Shown here in pieces: positions 62,379-64,000 of a DNA stretch of 64,000 nucleotides. The DNA comes from Candidatus Hydrogenedentota bacterium (GTDB lineage Bacteria; Hydrogenedentota; Hydrogenedentia; Hydrogenedentales; SLHB01). The notes below the pieces were generated by a model. That model saw nothing but the letters and a program-made list of their open reading frames with translations, made no database searches and was not told the origin of the DNA. Location of the stretch: assembly GCA_963745075.1 (NCBI GenBank), contig CAVUWV010000008.1, positions 352,001 to 416,000 on the forward strand, in the 5' to 3' direction. The translations under genes and the position numbers were made by a program. The stretch's first letter is position 1, and each line of letters starts with the position of its first letter.

Positions 62379-63233
62379 TCACAACTCCCGAATCCGAATG
62401 TTCCGCCAACGGCACTTCTTCCCCGTGGGCCAACTCTTCCCGCCATGCACCTGCAAGCCGATGGATCCGCGCTCACCCAGGATGCCGAGTACCCGATCCT
62501 TATCGTAACCCGGCATGGTGCTGGTCTCTCCGTTGAAGTGACAGATCTTCACGCCGTTGATCCACGTCGTGATCTGCGGATACTTGCCCACACAGCGAAT
62601 CCGCGCTTCATTCCAGTCGTCGATCCGCCACGCGCCCATCCACTCCTCCGGCGTGCAGCTATATTCATAGACGCCCTCCGGCCACGTCGCCGTACGCGGG
62701 TCCGGTTTCGATGTGAATCCGACAATCGTGCCGTCCTCGTTCTTCGTTGCCACGATCTGAAACGGCTTCATCGCAAACGCCCCCGGCATTTCCCCCCGCA
62801 GATGGCCGACGTTTCCGCCGTCGTAATAATCCACGTACATCTGAAACCCCGACCCGTCCTCCGTGCACCGGAAAAACACCCCGCTGTCCGGTCCCCAATC
62901 CGGCCGCATTTCGATGGCGAGCTCAAAGTCCCCGTACATGCCGTCCGACAGCAGCAATCCGCCGTTCCCCGACCCCGGCGGGTCCTGCTCCCCCGTGAGC
63001 ACGCCGTCCTCGACCTGCCAGTGTCCGCCCGTGCCGTGCGCAATCTTGCCCGCATTCTTGTGCCAGCCGTTCAGCGTCTTCCCGTCGAAAATCGCCGTGA
63101 ATGCGTCTTCGCCGGCCGGTTCCGCCGCCATGCCCCGCGCGCCCAGCAGCGCCGCACCCGACAACGCCGCCGCCCCAAACTGACGTCGGGTCACCGTTGG
63201 ATTCTCGCTCTGCCTGTCCATGTATCGCTCCAT
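62379..63233 (-). CDS. Tat-exported DUF1080 (3-keto-disaccharide hydrolase-like) protein
   Basis: TRRQF, IFDGKTLNGW, DSGVFFR, IGLQVHG, WRNIRIREL. Confidence 0.9.
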   Translation of the reverse strand: MERYMDRQSENPTVTRRQFGAAALSGAALLGARGMAAEPAGEDAFTAIFDGKTLNGWHKNAGKIAHGTGGHWQVEDGVLTGEQDPPGSGNGGLLLSDGMYGDFELAIEMRPDWGPDSGVFFRCTEDGSGFQMYVDYYDGGNVGHLRGEMPGAFAMKPFQIVATKNEDGTIVGFTSKPDPRTATWPEGVYEYSCTPEEWMGAWRIDDWNEARIRCVGKYPQITTWINGVKICHFNGETSTMPGYDKDRVLGILGERGSIGLQVHGGKSWPTGKKCRWRNIRIREL

Positions 63234-63567
63234 CTCCTCAACGCCCACGCTCGGTCTGCGCCTGCCTGCGGCCGTCCGTGTCCGTCCGTGCCCGCCCAGT
63301 CACCTCCGACCTTGCACCAAACCCCGCGCCCGTTTCAAAGTGCTCCCCGAGTTCACCTTCCCTGCACACCCACGCGCCAAAGTGCCGTAAATCCACAATC
63401 CTTGTCGTTCCTGTCGTCCATTCTGTCCATCTCGTCTATCCGGTTCATCGCCAGCACCAAAAAATCCCATATTCCTGGCAAAATATACTTAACCCACTGC
63501 AATAACATAGCTTACATCACCAGTCCGCGCGCCGTCCCCGCCGCCAAGAAATCACTTGGCATGATTG

Positions 63568-63596
63568 TTGACACGGCCCGTGACTTATGGTAAACT
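63568..63596 (+). promoter_or_regulatory. Sigma70 promoter for rpoB
   Basis: TTGACA-17 bp-TAAACT with extended -10 TG. Confidence 0.75.
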
Positions 63597-63716
63597 CTTT
63601 TTTTGTGCTTCCCTCAGGCAGAAGTGTGTCCATTTGTCGAGACTTGGAATGCGGTAGAACTGTCTTTCGCGCATCCCAAGTCAAATCAACCTTACCGAGA
63701 ATAGAGGGTACTCTGC

Positions 63717-64000
63717 ATGGCCGTAGCTCCCGCGAAACCATCCAGCCGTATATCGTTAGGACGAATCCCGGACGAGATGGAATTGCCCGATCTCATCGAG
63801 ATTCAGACCAAATCCTACGGAGATTTCCTCCAGTGGGACGTGCCACCCGATGAACGCATAACGAGAGGACTCCAGGAAGTTTTCCTCGACGTATTCCCAA
63901 TTTCATCGCCCGACGGCATGACGCGCCTCGAATTCGTGCACTATTCCTTCGCGCCGCCCAAGTATACCGTCCGCGAATGCCAGGAACGCGGCCTCACCTA
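63717..64000 (+). CDS. rpoB: RNA polymerase beta subunit, 5' part (not in ORF track)
   Basis: Manual translation MAVAPAKPSSRISLG...LPDLIEIQTKSY...GLQEVFLDVFPI...PKYTVRECQERGLT. Confidence 0.95.
   Translation, partial: MAVAPAKPSSRISLGRIPDEMELPDLIEIQTKSYGDFLQWDVPPDERITRGLQEVFLDVFPISSPDGMTRLEFVHYSFAPPKYTVRECQERGLT

Noticed and set aside
62301..62393. Stranded copy of the DUF1080 end (SSEL* vs IREL*)
   Set aside because: Only two codons plus the stop match and it lies between the cassette arms; too short to count

Overview
A GC-rich bacterial chromosomal window, mostly housekeeping and envelope genes. The expanded carboxypeptidase-regulatory-like repeat proteins and the ECF-sigma fusion suggest a Hydrogenedentota/PVC-like organism (inference only). 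Core genes: rpsD-mfd, crcB-DUF190 under a fluoride riboswitch, surE-yqaA-glmS, an NAD salvage operon (Nudix-pncA-pncB-nadE), ilvB, rpsA, murB-pilT and the 5' end of rpoB. Signalling modules: BlaI/M56, a membrane-anchored ECF sigma fusion, ECF/anti-sigma/DUF4097 and PadR plus a membrane partner. About ten genes, including normally essential murB, carry frameshifts, most simply explained by long-read indel errors. I saw no tRNA, rRNA, CRISPR array or transposase. The most unusual signal is intergenic. Many spacers hold short palindromic or inverted microsatellite cassettes of several unrelated families, and several cassettes sit between a gene's 3' end and a second, exact or diverged, copy of that same 3' end (e.g. 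LDAKGVKK* twice, SARLTLP*/SANLTYQ*, GYEEG*/GHDDA*). This suggests cassettes that insert at gene termini and replace the last codons. Also notable: a 39-aa hydrophobic ORF missed by the ORF track, a second structured element in the crcB leader, tandem BlaI-type operators and rpoB detached from rplKAJL.
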